A stretch of DNA of 58,135 nt from an uncultured Methanosarcinales archaeon (lineage in GTDB: Archaea; Nanobdellota; Nanobdellia; Woesearchaeales; DATDXC01): positions 1-58,135 of the forward strand of contig CAZDZV010000010.1 of assembly GCA_964510025.1 (NCBI GenBank), given 5' to 3'. Shown here one piece after another: positions 29,305 to 37,247 of the stretch. A program made the translations under genes and the position numbers. How positions within the stretch are numbered: position 1 is the stretch's first letter; each line of letters starts with the position of its first letter. The notes beneath the pieces are model-generated. The model was not told the origin of the DNA and searched no databases. It saw only the letters and a list, made by a program, of their open reading frames with translations.

Positions 29305-30902
29305 TTGAAACCACCTGCTTCATTGATCGCCTTCAAACAGGCTCTTGCTTTTTTCTCTGTCTCAAAAAACTCTGCTTTGGCCACTGAATCATAGACAATG
29401 CCTGCTCCGACGCGAATGTATGCTTTTTTGCCTTTTAGGCGCATACTCCTTATGACTATGCAAGAGTCAAAATCCCCGCTTGGGGATATGTAGCCTACTG
29501 CGCCGCCATAAAACCCTCTTTTTGTCTTCTCTACCTGGCGTATAAGCTTCATGGCCTCGACTTTTGGGGCTCCTGTAAGGGTTCCCATATTCATAGATGC
29601 CAAGTATGCATGGAGCGCATCAAGATCGTCCTTCAGGATGCCCTGCACGTTCGAGACAAGGTGCTGGACATGGCTGTATTTTTCAACAACATACGGCTCG
29701 TTAACGTATCTTGTCCCTGGTTTTGATATCCTGGCCACATCATTTCTTGCCAGGTCTATAAGCATCGTGTGCTCCGCCAGCTCTTTCTTATCGATCTTTA
29801 GCTCAGCCTCATATCTTGAATCAAGGTCCTGATCTATACCGCCGTTGACTATGCCCCTGGGCTTTGTGCCTGCGATGGGCCGGATCTCAACTATCTTCTC
29901 TTTTTCACCCTGCACCCTGAGAAACATCTCAGGCGAGGAGCCCAGCAAAATACCGTTGCTGTTGTTTATGAAAAACATATAGGGGCTTGGATTCAGGGAA
30001 CGAAGCTTCCTGTAGATATCAAGCGGCTCTGAATTGTAGTTTGTGGTTATTGTCCTTGAGGGAACAACCTGAAAAATGTCGCCTTTGATTATATGGTTCT
30101 TAAGCTTCCTTACTGTATCCATGAACTGCTCTTTTGAAGTATCGGTCATCAGGTCCTGCTTTTTCTTTTTGAGCTTTTTGGGCTTGGGTACCTTTTCATT
30201 AAATTTCTTTTCATAAAACTCTATGGATTTAAGGCAATCCTTGTATATCTTGGCCCTGTTCTTATCTGTAATAAGGGCATTTGCGATAAGGTAAGTTTTC
30301 TGGTTCTTGTGGTCCATCATAAAAAGGTTGTCAACAAAATAGAGCTCGTAATCAGGATCTTTCAGGATGTCCTCCTTGTTCTGGGGCAGATCCTCGAACT
30401 GGTCAATAAAGTCATAGCTGATGCTTCCAAAAAGGCCGCAGTAGGGTATAACCGGCTTTTCAGTTGGCTTGAACTTGAATGCTATTGTCCTGATGATATC
30501 TATATGCGTCTTCAGCTTAAGCCTTTTTTCTTCATCTACTGTCTTTCTTTTCGGCTTGAGGAGGCCTTTTATGGCCTTTTTCCTATATACCATCTTATTG
30601 CAGAACTTGAGATCAGCCTTGAGAGACGCTAGCAGCTTTTCACCAAGCTTGTTCAGTGCAGCTATCTCAAACTCTTCTTTATAGCCTTTAAGCCGCAGGC
30701 ATGGAGATGCTGTTCCAAGGCTTATTTCACCATACTTCTCCACAATATCGGCAGATTCCAGAAGGATAGAATTGGACTTGCGGCCATAGTTGGAGAGCTT
30801 TGCGAAGTAGTCTACTGGATCCTGGATATTATCGACTATCTTGAAGACAGGTATAACTGTTCCAGGCTTTGCATTTTGTATTTTCTCTTTAAAATTATCC
30901 AT
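29301..30902 (-). CDS. trpE: Anthranilate synthase component I
   Basis: LLES-X10-S and NPSPYM Trp-feedback motifs, GSSPE, PIAGTKPRG, EH.MLIDLARND, MNMGTLTGAPK. Confidence 0.95.
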   Translation of the reverse strand: MDNFKEKIQNAKPGTVIPVFKIVDNIQDPVDYFAKLSNYGRKSNSILLESADIVEKYGEISLGTASPCLRLKGYKEEFEIAALNKLGEKLLASLKADLKFCNKMVYRKKAIKGLLKPKRKTVDEEKRLKLKTHIDIIRTIAFKFKPTEKPVIPYCGLFGSISYDFIDQFEDLPQNKEDILKDPDYELYFVDNLFMMDHKNQKTYLIANALITDKNRAKIYKDCLKSIEFYEKKFNEKVPKPKKLKKKKQDLMTDTSKEQFMDTVRKLKNHIIKGDIFQVVPSRTITTNYNSEPLDIYRKLRSLNPSPYMFFINNSNGILLGSSPEMFLRVQGEKEKIVEIRPIAGTKPRGIVNGGIDQDLDSRYEAELKIDKKELAEHTMLIDLARNDVARISKPGTRYVNEPYVVEKYSHVQHLVSNVQGILKDDLDALHAYLASMNMGTLTGAPKVEAMKLIRQVEKTKRGFYGGAVGYISPSGDFDSCIVIRSMRLKGKKAYIRVGAGIVYDSVAKAEFFETEKKARACLKAINEAGGFK

Positions 30903-31093
30903 ATTCCTGCTCCACCCCTTGATTGAGCCTTAAACTGTTGATATTATTTAAAGTTTTTTGTTGAAATGATAGTAACAAAAAGGAGATAAGGCTTAAATGA
31001 GCTTTAAAATGTTTAATAAGGGTTAAAATTAATTCTTTTGTTTTTTTCAGAATGAATAATTCTTTATAATATAATAGAAACTCAAAAAATTCC

Positions 31094-31123
31094 TTAGAGC
31101 CACCGATAACCACTCATTTTCAT
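31094..31123 (-). CDS. Putative trp leader peptide MKMSGYRWL
   Basis: ATG AAA ATG AGT GGT TAT CGG TGG CTC TAA. TATA TTTAAATA (31147-31154) is 31 nt before the ATG, a T6 tract follows the stop, and the ORF lies upstream of trpE. Confidence 0.5.
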   Translation of the reverse strand: MKMSGYRWL

Positions 31124-31233
31124 ATAAATTCAGAATAACAGTTTAATATTTAAAATTTTGTTTTTTGTATTTTATTTCTTATTGGTAGTAACAAAGAGAA
31201 AGGTTTATAAATGAATTAGCAATCCTGTAGGTT

Positions 31234-31515
31234 ATGAATACGGCAAACCAAACTGCAGTTAGTGATACACAGAGCTTGATGCAAGCTCTTGGAATGAAAG
31301 GAGAAGTGACTGCATCGCAGGTTGAAACAGCACTGGATGGAATTGATTCAGGATGCATTCCACTACCAAGAAGGCGTACAGATGATTTTCTTGTTGAAGT
31401 TGCCTATCTGGGTGTTGATGCAGCAACTGCCATGAGACATCTGGGAAGAGATCCTGAAGCAAGGTCATTATATGCAGGTTTATATAGAACTGCCTGTAGA
31501 CATGGACTAATGTGA
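31234..31515 (+). CDS. Hypothetical protein
   Basis: 93-aa ORF with TATA TTTATAAA about 30 nt upstream. Confidence 0.6.
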   Translation: MNTANQTAVSDTQSLMQALGMKGEVTASQVETALDGIDSGCIPLPRRRTDDFLVEVAYLGVDAATAMRHLGRDPEARSLYAGLYRTACRHGLM

Positions 31516-31519
31516 TATC

Positions 31520-31891
31520 TTAACAAATCTTTTCTCCATGTCTCAGCCTAGACCAGAGCTTCCATCTGAACTTGGAATCCAAAGCTTCATTGTAGCCCAT
31601 TATGATCTTAGGCTTGCTGCCTTCTGGTGCTATGTCTCTTTTCCAGTTCCTTGTTATGCTCTTGATGCATCTATCCAGCTTTTCCTGGTCTTCTTCCAAT
31701 TGATAATAGAACAGTCTTTTCTCTTCTGCTTTTCTGTACAGGGAGCTAGCCTGCTCCCTGGGTGAATGATCTTGCGGTATCTCAAATGTAAGGAACTGCG
31801 GCTTGTCTTGGATCACATATGTCTTATAGCCAGCTTGTGCAACAGCTGACAGCAGAATAAAGATTAATAATACAGATAGCCTGATTTCAAT
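31520..31891 (-). CDS. Hypothetical secreted protein (frame extends 25 codons beyond the ORF-track GTG into a signal peptide)
   Basis: In-frame upstream sequence IEIRLSVLLIFILLSAVAQAGYKTY, bounded by TAG at 31895-31897. No ATG in the extension. Confidence 0.5.
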   Translation of the reverse strand: MEIRLSVLLIFILLSAVAQAGYKTYVIQDKPQFLTFEIPQDHSPREQASSLYRKAEEKRLFYYQLEEDQEKLDRCIKSITRNWKRDIAPEGSKPKIIMGYNEALDSKFRWKLWSRLRHGEKIC

Positions 31892-31969
31892 CCCCTATTC
31901 TAAGGAATAGGCTGTTTCTTTTAAAGTTTTCCAAAAGATTATTAAATGAACAGCCTAACAAAATAGAAA

Positions 31970-32860
31970 ATGAAGCATACGCTTAAAATAACCTTAATTC
32001 TTGTGATGGTGTTCCTAGCGGCCCAGATAGTCGGGCTTGGTGTGCTGAATGCATACATCGATCATGAGGCATCCCTACAGCAGGGCAGCGCTGTTTTTAA
32101 AGAACTGCCTTATGATATGGAAAGGCCGCCGATCGAGGAGCAAAGCTCTTTTGTGTATATCCTAGTTGCAATATTGATAGGAACGTTCCTGGTGTTCCTG
32201 CTGATAAGATTCAGGAAGAAGAACCTCTGGAAGATCTGGTTCTTAATGGCAGTTATCCTATGCCTCGGATTTGCTTTTTCAGCATTTTTGCCGCAGCTTA
32301 TCGCATTAGCTTTGGCAATAGTGCTCGGAGCATGGAAGGTATTCAAGCCTAATACGCTTATCCATAATTTGACCGAGGTATTTGTATACGGAGGATTAGC
32401 GGCTATATTTGTACCCATAATGAATCTTTTTGCTGCCTTTATGCTTCTGTTGTTGATATCTATCTATGACATGATCGCTGTCTGGAAGAGCAAGCATATG
32501 GTCAAGATGGCTAAGTTCCAGACAGAATCCAAGTTGTTTGCTGGACTGTCCATACCTTATAAGAAAGCAAAACAAGTGATAGGGGCAGGCAGGCTGAAGA
32601 AACAAAGGACAGCTATCCTGGGTGGCGGAGATATTGGATTTCCTCTGCTGTTTGCAGGAGTTGTGCTTAAGAATCTGATGTCAGGCAATACAGCCGCTAT
32701 GGCCTTTGTCAAGGTGATGGCTATACCTTTAGCAACAAGCTTTGCTCTTCTTATACTCCTGATAAAAGGAAAAGAAAACAAGTTTTACCCGGCAATGCCG
32801 TTCTTAAGCCTGGGCTGCGCTATTGGCTATCTGATGGTGCTACTCCTTGAGCTTCTGTGA
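31970..32860 (+). CDS. Presenilin/signal peptide peptidase-like intramembrane aspartyl protease (A22)
   Basis: Multi-TM; YD (SIYDMIAV), GxGD (LGGGDIG) and PAL-like (YPAMPF) motifs. Confidence 0.9.
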   Translation: MKHTLKITLILVMVFLAAQIVGLGVLNAYIDHEASLQQGSAVFKELPYDMERPPIEEQSSFVYILVAILIGTFLVFLLIRFRKKNLWKIWFLMAVILCLGFAFSAFLPQLIALALAIVLGAWKVFKPNTLIHNLTEVFVYGGLAAIFVPIMNLFAAFMLLLLISIYDMIAVWKSKHMVKMAKFQTESKLFAGLSIPYKKAKQVIGAGRLKKQRTAILGGGDIGFPLLFAGVVLKNLMSGNTAAMAFVKVMAIPLATSFALLILLIKGKENKFYPAMPFLSLGCAIGYLMVLLLELL

Positions 32861-33746
32861 TTGTCTTCTGGGTTTCTTTAGCTTCTGGCTTTTCAGTCTT
32901 TGCTGATTCTGGCTCTTTTGTGATCTCAACCTTTTTCTGTCTGCTAAAGGTGCCAAAGGTCCTTTGGCCCTGCTGCGCTGAATAAGATACCGGGCTTAGC
33001 ACCATGCCGTCTTTTGCTGCTATTGTCTGTATCCCTGTCTGCTTCTGAATCTCTCTGGCCACATACAATGGATCTGACTCAAGCATCCTCTTGCCAAAAC
33101 CTGTTATCACAGCAAGCCTGGGATTCACCTTTTTTATAATCTTCACTGCGTCTTCCCTGCTTAAGCCCTTAGTGTCTTTTTCGGGATTCTTGATCTTCAG
33201 GATAAGTATCCCTGAGTCCTTATATTGCTCTGCTATCTCCACGGAGTATTTTGTATCAGACGTATATGAGAGGGTGAAGCTGGGCGTATAAAACTTGAAA
33301 CCAAGAGAATCGATATCACCTGCAATTGTCTTTAAGGCCTGTATCTCTATATCATTAATAGCCACACGCTGGCCTGGCTGCATTACGATAAACCTTTCCA
33401 GAAAATTCTTCTGCTCATTCAAGAGGAACGGGTGCTCCTTTTCTGACCCGCTGATTATCTTTTTTGATGTCACAAGGACACCTTTCTTGTCAAAGCCAGA
33501 ATAAGTCATTGTGTCGATGACTGCGTTGATGTCATTGCAGTTGTATAGGTCTGTATTAGAAGCCAAGACTGCTGTGTTGGCCCTTAGGCTTATGCCGACT
33601 AAGCCTGCAGCCTGCAGCGCGCCTGGACCTGGATCTATATGGAACTGGTTGTCATTCACCTGGATGATGATGCCTCCAGCAGACCTAATACCTTTGCCTA
33701 CAACATAAGAATCAGCTCCTGTGCCCAAGAAGATTATTGATGATAT
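32820..33746 (-). CDS. Metallo-beta-lactamase-fold protein with degenerate metal site
   Basis: IIFLGTG, IDPGPG and YTSDT motifs are present, but HxHxDH is replaced by NTDLYN. The N-terminus extends upstream of TTG 33728 to an ATA codon after a GGGGG SD. Confidence 0.7.
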   Translation of the reverse strand: MSSIIFLGTGADSYVVGKGIRSAGGIIIQVNDNQFHIDPGPGALQAAGLVGISLRANTAVLASNTDLYNCNDINAVIDTMTYSGFDKKGVLVTSKKIISGSEKEHPFLLNEQKNFLERFIVMQPGQRVAINDIEIQALKTIAGDIDSLGFKFYTPSFTLSYTSDTKYSVEIAEQYKDSGILILKIKNPEKDTKGLSREDAVKIIKKVNPRLAVITGFGKRMLESDPLYVAREIQKQTGIQTIAAKDGMVLSPVSYSAQQGQRTFGTFSRQKKVEITKEPESAKTEKPEAKETQKTITEAQGVAPSDSQ

Positions 33747-33908
33747 TTTTATCCCCCTGGCACAGATATCTTTTTGGCTTAATAAAGTTTTCTAAAATAC
33801 AAAAGGCTGCAGGCATGGGGCTGCCTTGTCTGATACATAATACTATCTCCGTTCCATTAGGCTGCCCAAATGCGAAAGCTTTTTAATGTGCATTTGGTTC
33901 TTTAGTGC

Positions 33909-34181
33909 GGGAAGACTAGGCTGGGAGGTTAGCGCTCTCCTGTTACCGTAAACACGCTTTAGACGGAGCCGAAACCAGAGGAGAGGCATTGGCTGTTATT
34001 TTTGGTCTTGAGCTGGACGTTGAGACTCTGTCCTCTGGGATTGATATTTTAGTGAAGCAGGTCAGGTCAGGAATGAAGCAGCCTTAAGCTTCAATATTGA
34101 TGCTCGGAGGGTAGCGGAGTTGAGAAAGGCTTGAGGTAACCAAGGATAGTGGTCTCTGTCCATCTTTTGGTGCGTCTTCCT
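33909..34181 (+). ncRNA. ffs: Archaeal signal recognition particle (7S) RNA
   Basis: 5' GGGAAGACTAGGCTGGGAGGTTAG Alu-like start; helix-8 signature CAGG-TCA-GGAA-TGA-AGCAG near 34063-34081; terminal helix GGGAAGAC/GTCTTCCT; helix 5 CCAGAGG/TCTTTTGG; about 273 nt; TATA-like element upstream. Confidence 0.92.
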
Positions 34182-35073
34182 ACTTTACATAACTAAGCCA
34201 GTTCTCATATTTCTTGTTCTTTCCATGCACTATGTCCATAAACAGGCCCCTGATCTTCTCTGTTATCGGACCCTGGCCTATGGCCTTATCATCCAGAGAG
34301 GCTATTGCTGTAACTTCCGCAGCAGTACCTGTGAAGAAAGCTTCATCTGCCTTATAGATATCGTCCAAAGCGAGCTCTGTCTCCTCAACCTCTATCCCTA
34401 AGTCTATTGCAATCTCGATAACAGACCTTCTGGTTATGCCCTGCAATATATTGCCCAATCTAGGAGTGAGAAGCTTTCCCTCCTTCACTATGAATATATT
34501 CTCTCCTGGCCCTTCTGCAACCTTGCCATTATAGTCAAGCAGAAGAGCTTCCTGATAGCCATGTGCTTTTACTTCGCATGAAGCAAAGATCGAATTTACG
34601 TAGTGGCCGCATATCTTTGCCTCTGAGTGCGTCGATTCAGGATGTATCCTGATAAATCCGGATGTCTTGACTTTTACTGCCTCATCTCCAAGATAAGAGC
34701 CCCAGGGCCATACAGCTATCGAAACGTTTACCGGCGCCCCTTTTGGATCCAGGCCCATCTTACCGTAGCCATAGAAGAAGAGAGGCCTGATATATCCAGA
34801 CCTGATCTGATTCTTCCTTATGGTCTCCAAAATAGCATTATTAATTTCATCCTCTGTGAATGGAACCTCCATCATGGCTTTCTTGGCCCCATTGAACAGC
34901 CGCCTGGTATGGTCCTGCAACCTAAATACAGCCGGGCCTTTTTCTGTGTCATAGAAGCGGATGCCTTCAAAAACACCCAGGCCATAGTGAAGCGTATGTG
35001 TAAGCACATGAACCTTGGCTTCCTTCCAAGGTACAAATTTTCCATCCATCCAGATAAATTTGGTTTCTTCCAT
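34180..35073 (-). CDS. ilvE: Branched-chain amino acid aminotransferase
   Basis: LHYGLGVFEGIR, YIRP, AKICGHY (PLP lysine), EGPGENIF, ILQGITR, FFTGTAAEV. Confidence 0.96.
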   Translation of the reverse strand: MEETKFIWMDGKFVPWKEAKVHVLTHTLHYGLGVFEGIRFYDTEKGPAVFRLQDHTRRLFNGAKKAMMEVPFTEDEINNAILETIRKNQIRSGYIRPLFFYGYGKMGLDPKGAPVNVSIAVWPWGSYLGDEAVKVKTSGFIRIHPESTHSEAKICGHYVNSIFASCEVKAHGYQEALLLDYNGKVAEGPGENIFIVKEGKLLTPRLGNILQGITRRSVIEIAIDLGIEVEETELALDDIYKADEAFFTGTAAEVTAIASLDDKAIGQGPITEKIRGLFMDIVHGKNKKYENWLSYVK

Positions 35074-35116
35074 TTTACATGATAGAATAGATTTTTATTT
35101 AAAAATATTTTGTTAA

Positions 35117-35980
35117 TTAAGAAACAAACCAGAGGATCATGGGGATAGCCACCAGGCTTAGGATTGTAGTCAGAAGCACTATAGATGAAACCAGGGCAGC
35201 ATCTTTCCGATATTTTGCTGTAAGTATCATTGACATGACAGCAGATGGCATAGATGCCTGGATCAAGATGATATTTCTAGCCAGCCCTTCAATCGAAAAC
35301 AGGCTTATAACCGAAAGAGCTATTATGAATCCCCCGACAATCCTAAACAGAGAAGCAAGAACAGCTATCCTTATCTTTTTCAGCCTTATCTCTGTGAGCT
35401 TATAGCCAAGGACCATCAGAGCCAGCGGAATGGTAATCTGGCCTATTGTCTGGACAGGCTTAAAGAGTATCTCATGCACCGGAATCTTCAAAAGGCTGAA
35501 TATCAGGCCCCCTATAACGGCATAGATTAAAGGTATCCTGAACGCTTCTCTTATGCTGTTCTTCTTGTGGATTATATATATACCGAAACTGAATAAGAAC
35601 AGGGAGTTCATCATGTCAAACACAACAGCCCTAGACAGACCAGCGATGCCGAATGCAAATAAAGCTATCGGGTAGCCCATATAGCCAGTGTTGCCGACGA
35701 CCATCGGCAGATATAGTCCCTTCATATCTGACTTTGCGATTTTCAATATTAAGAAAACTAACAAGGTCAATGCAAGAATAATGCCGACAGCTGCCAGCGC
35801 TATTGTCATGAAATCTGAGAGATCGATGTCGCTACGTGAGATGGAGGCAAAGATCAAGCATGGCGCTGTGATATAGACGATAAGATTTATGTATGGTTCT
35901 ATGCTGATCCTTTTGAACCTTCCCAGCAGATAGCCTGCCAGGATAATCAGAAAAACAGGAACAACTGTGACTATTATCAT
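35117..35980 (-). CDS. AEC (auxin efflux carrier)-family transporter
   Basis: About 10 TM segments; PCLIF, GNTGYMGYPI, TIPLALMVLG, MPSAV motifs. Confidence 0.88.
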   Translation of the reverse strand: MIIVTVVPVFLIILAGYLLGRFKRISIEPYINLIVYITAPCLIFASISRSDIDLSDFMTIALAAVGIILALTLLVFLILKIAKSDMKGLYLPMVVGNTGYMGYPIALFAFGIAGLSRAVVFDMMNSLFLFSFGIYIIHKKNSIREAFRIPLIYAVIGGLIFSLLKIPVHEILFKPVQTIGQITIPLALMVLGYKLTEIRLKKIRIAVLASLFRIVGGFIIALSVISLFSIEGLARNIILIQASMPSAVMSMILTAKYRKDAALVSSIVLLTTILSLVAIPMILWFVS

Positions 35981-36005
35981 GAAGAAAAAAGAAAAAAAGG
36001 ATTAT

Positions 36006-37082
36006 TTAAAGGTTATGCTGCTCTGGGCTGATAGCTAGTCTTGTTTGAGTAGCATAATGCCTTAAGATGCGCTCGATCGCTTGAATTCCAAGTCGGCCGC
36101 TCTTTACCGGATCATCCATATCCTTGAACTTTGGATCCTCTATCTCAAGGGTGGCAAACGGTATGCCGAAGCCACGAGCTATAGGGATTATGATCCCCCA
36201 TTGTACGCTATCATACGGTTGCCCAGGCACTGCGTGTTCATAATTTGTCCTTTTACCCCACTCATTGCCATCCAGGCCCAGCAATCTGCCGTCTATGCCA
36301 TCTACCCACAAGCCTTCATCAAGGCATTCAGCACCTTTTGCATGTATGGAAAATATCCTGCCCTGTGCTCCGAAATATGCTACGTCACGAGCAACAAGAT
36401 CCATCCTTCCTGCAAGCTGCCATATCCTGTGGGATGGGTCATATTCCAGGCCAAAAGAATCTCCCAGGCCTGCCTGGTCTGTTGCCTGAAAGCAAGCCTG
36501 CCAGTATCTAGGCGAGGACATAAGATTGTTGACAGGCCTGTCAGATGCTTCCCAACCTTCCATGGGGCAGTTTTCAATCATTATCCTGACCCCTTTTTCC
36601 TTCGCATAGCCAACCAGCGGCAGGAAATGCTCCTTGAATAGTTCGTAATTCTGCTGCATCCTAACATTTGGGTCAGCTCCTACAAAAGTGGCAACCAAGG
36701 GGCCTGCTGGCATTATTTCCCTTAGCCCATATGCTGCATCGATCACTTTTCTGAGATGATTTCTGTTGGCCTCTCCTGTTTCTGGATGCAGCTGATTGTC
36801 ATAGGTGCCTAGATGAGTTATAGCTACACCCAAGTCTCTGCTCATTGCCATTACTTCCGCAGCTCTTGACTCTGAAAGCGGCTCTGTAAGATCCAAGGTG
36901 TTAGCCACCCAGTCTTTTCTGGCGCCTGCTCCAATATCATCGATCTGTCCTGCCTGGAAAGCAGCCACTTCCAAGCCATCCAAGCCGATCCTTTCAGCTT
37001 CTTTCATCCAATCCTCTAAAGACATGGCTGGACCGCATGCTGTCAAGGCACCAATCATCATGTCTGGTACTTGCTTTACCAT
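36006..37082 (-). CDS. Sugar phosphate isomerase/epimerase (xylose-isomerase-like TIM barrel)
   Basis: GLDGLEV, YDNQLHP, IENCPMEGW, YDPSH, IHAKG, PG...V.W, EIED. SD GGAGTGA before ATG 37082. Confidence 0.8.
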   Translation of the reverse strand: MVKQVPDMMIGALTACGPAMSLEDWMKEAERIGLDGLEVAAFQAGQIDDIGAGARKDWVANTLDLTEPLSESRAAEVMAMSRDLGVAITHLGTYDNQLHPETGEANRNHLRKVIDAAYGLREIMPAGPLVATFVGADPNVRMQQNYELFKEHFLPLVGYAKEKGVRIMIENCPMEGWEASDRPVNNLMSSPRYWQACFQATDQAGLGDSFGLEYDPSHRIWQLAGRMDLVARDVAYFGAQGRIFSIHAKGAECLDEGLWVDGIDGRLLGLDGNEWGKRTNYEHAVPGQPYDSVQWGIIIPIARGFGIPFATLEIEDPKFKDMDDPVKSGRLGIQAIERILRHYATQTRLAISPEQHNL

Positions 37083-37247
37083 TTTATCACTCCTCCGTTT
37101 TGTTGAATCCATTAAACCGTAATTTATCCGATTAAAAATCAGACCTATATAAATAATTTATGGATTTCTTCGACGAGAAAAATGTCCCAAGGTGGTGACG
37201 AAAATCAGTACGGCCATAAATGGAAACTACAACAAAATTCTCTGGCC

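Noticed and set aside
30895..31113. 72-aa ORF upstream of trpE in the ORF track
   Set aside because: Low-complexity translation of AT-rich promoter DNA. It runs through a TATA box, and its GTG lies inside the better-positioned leader ORF.
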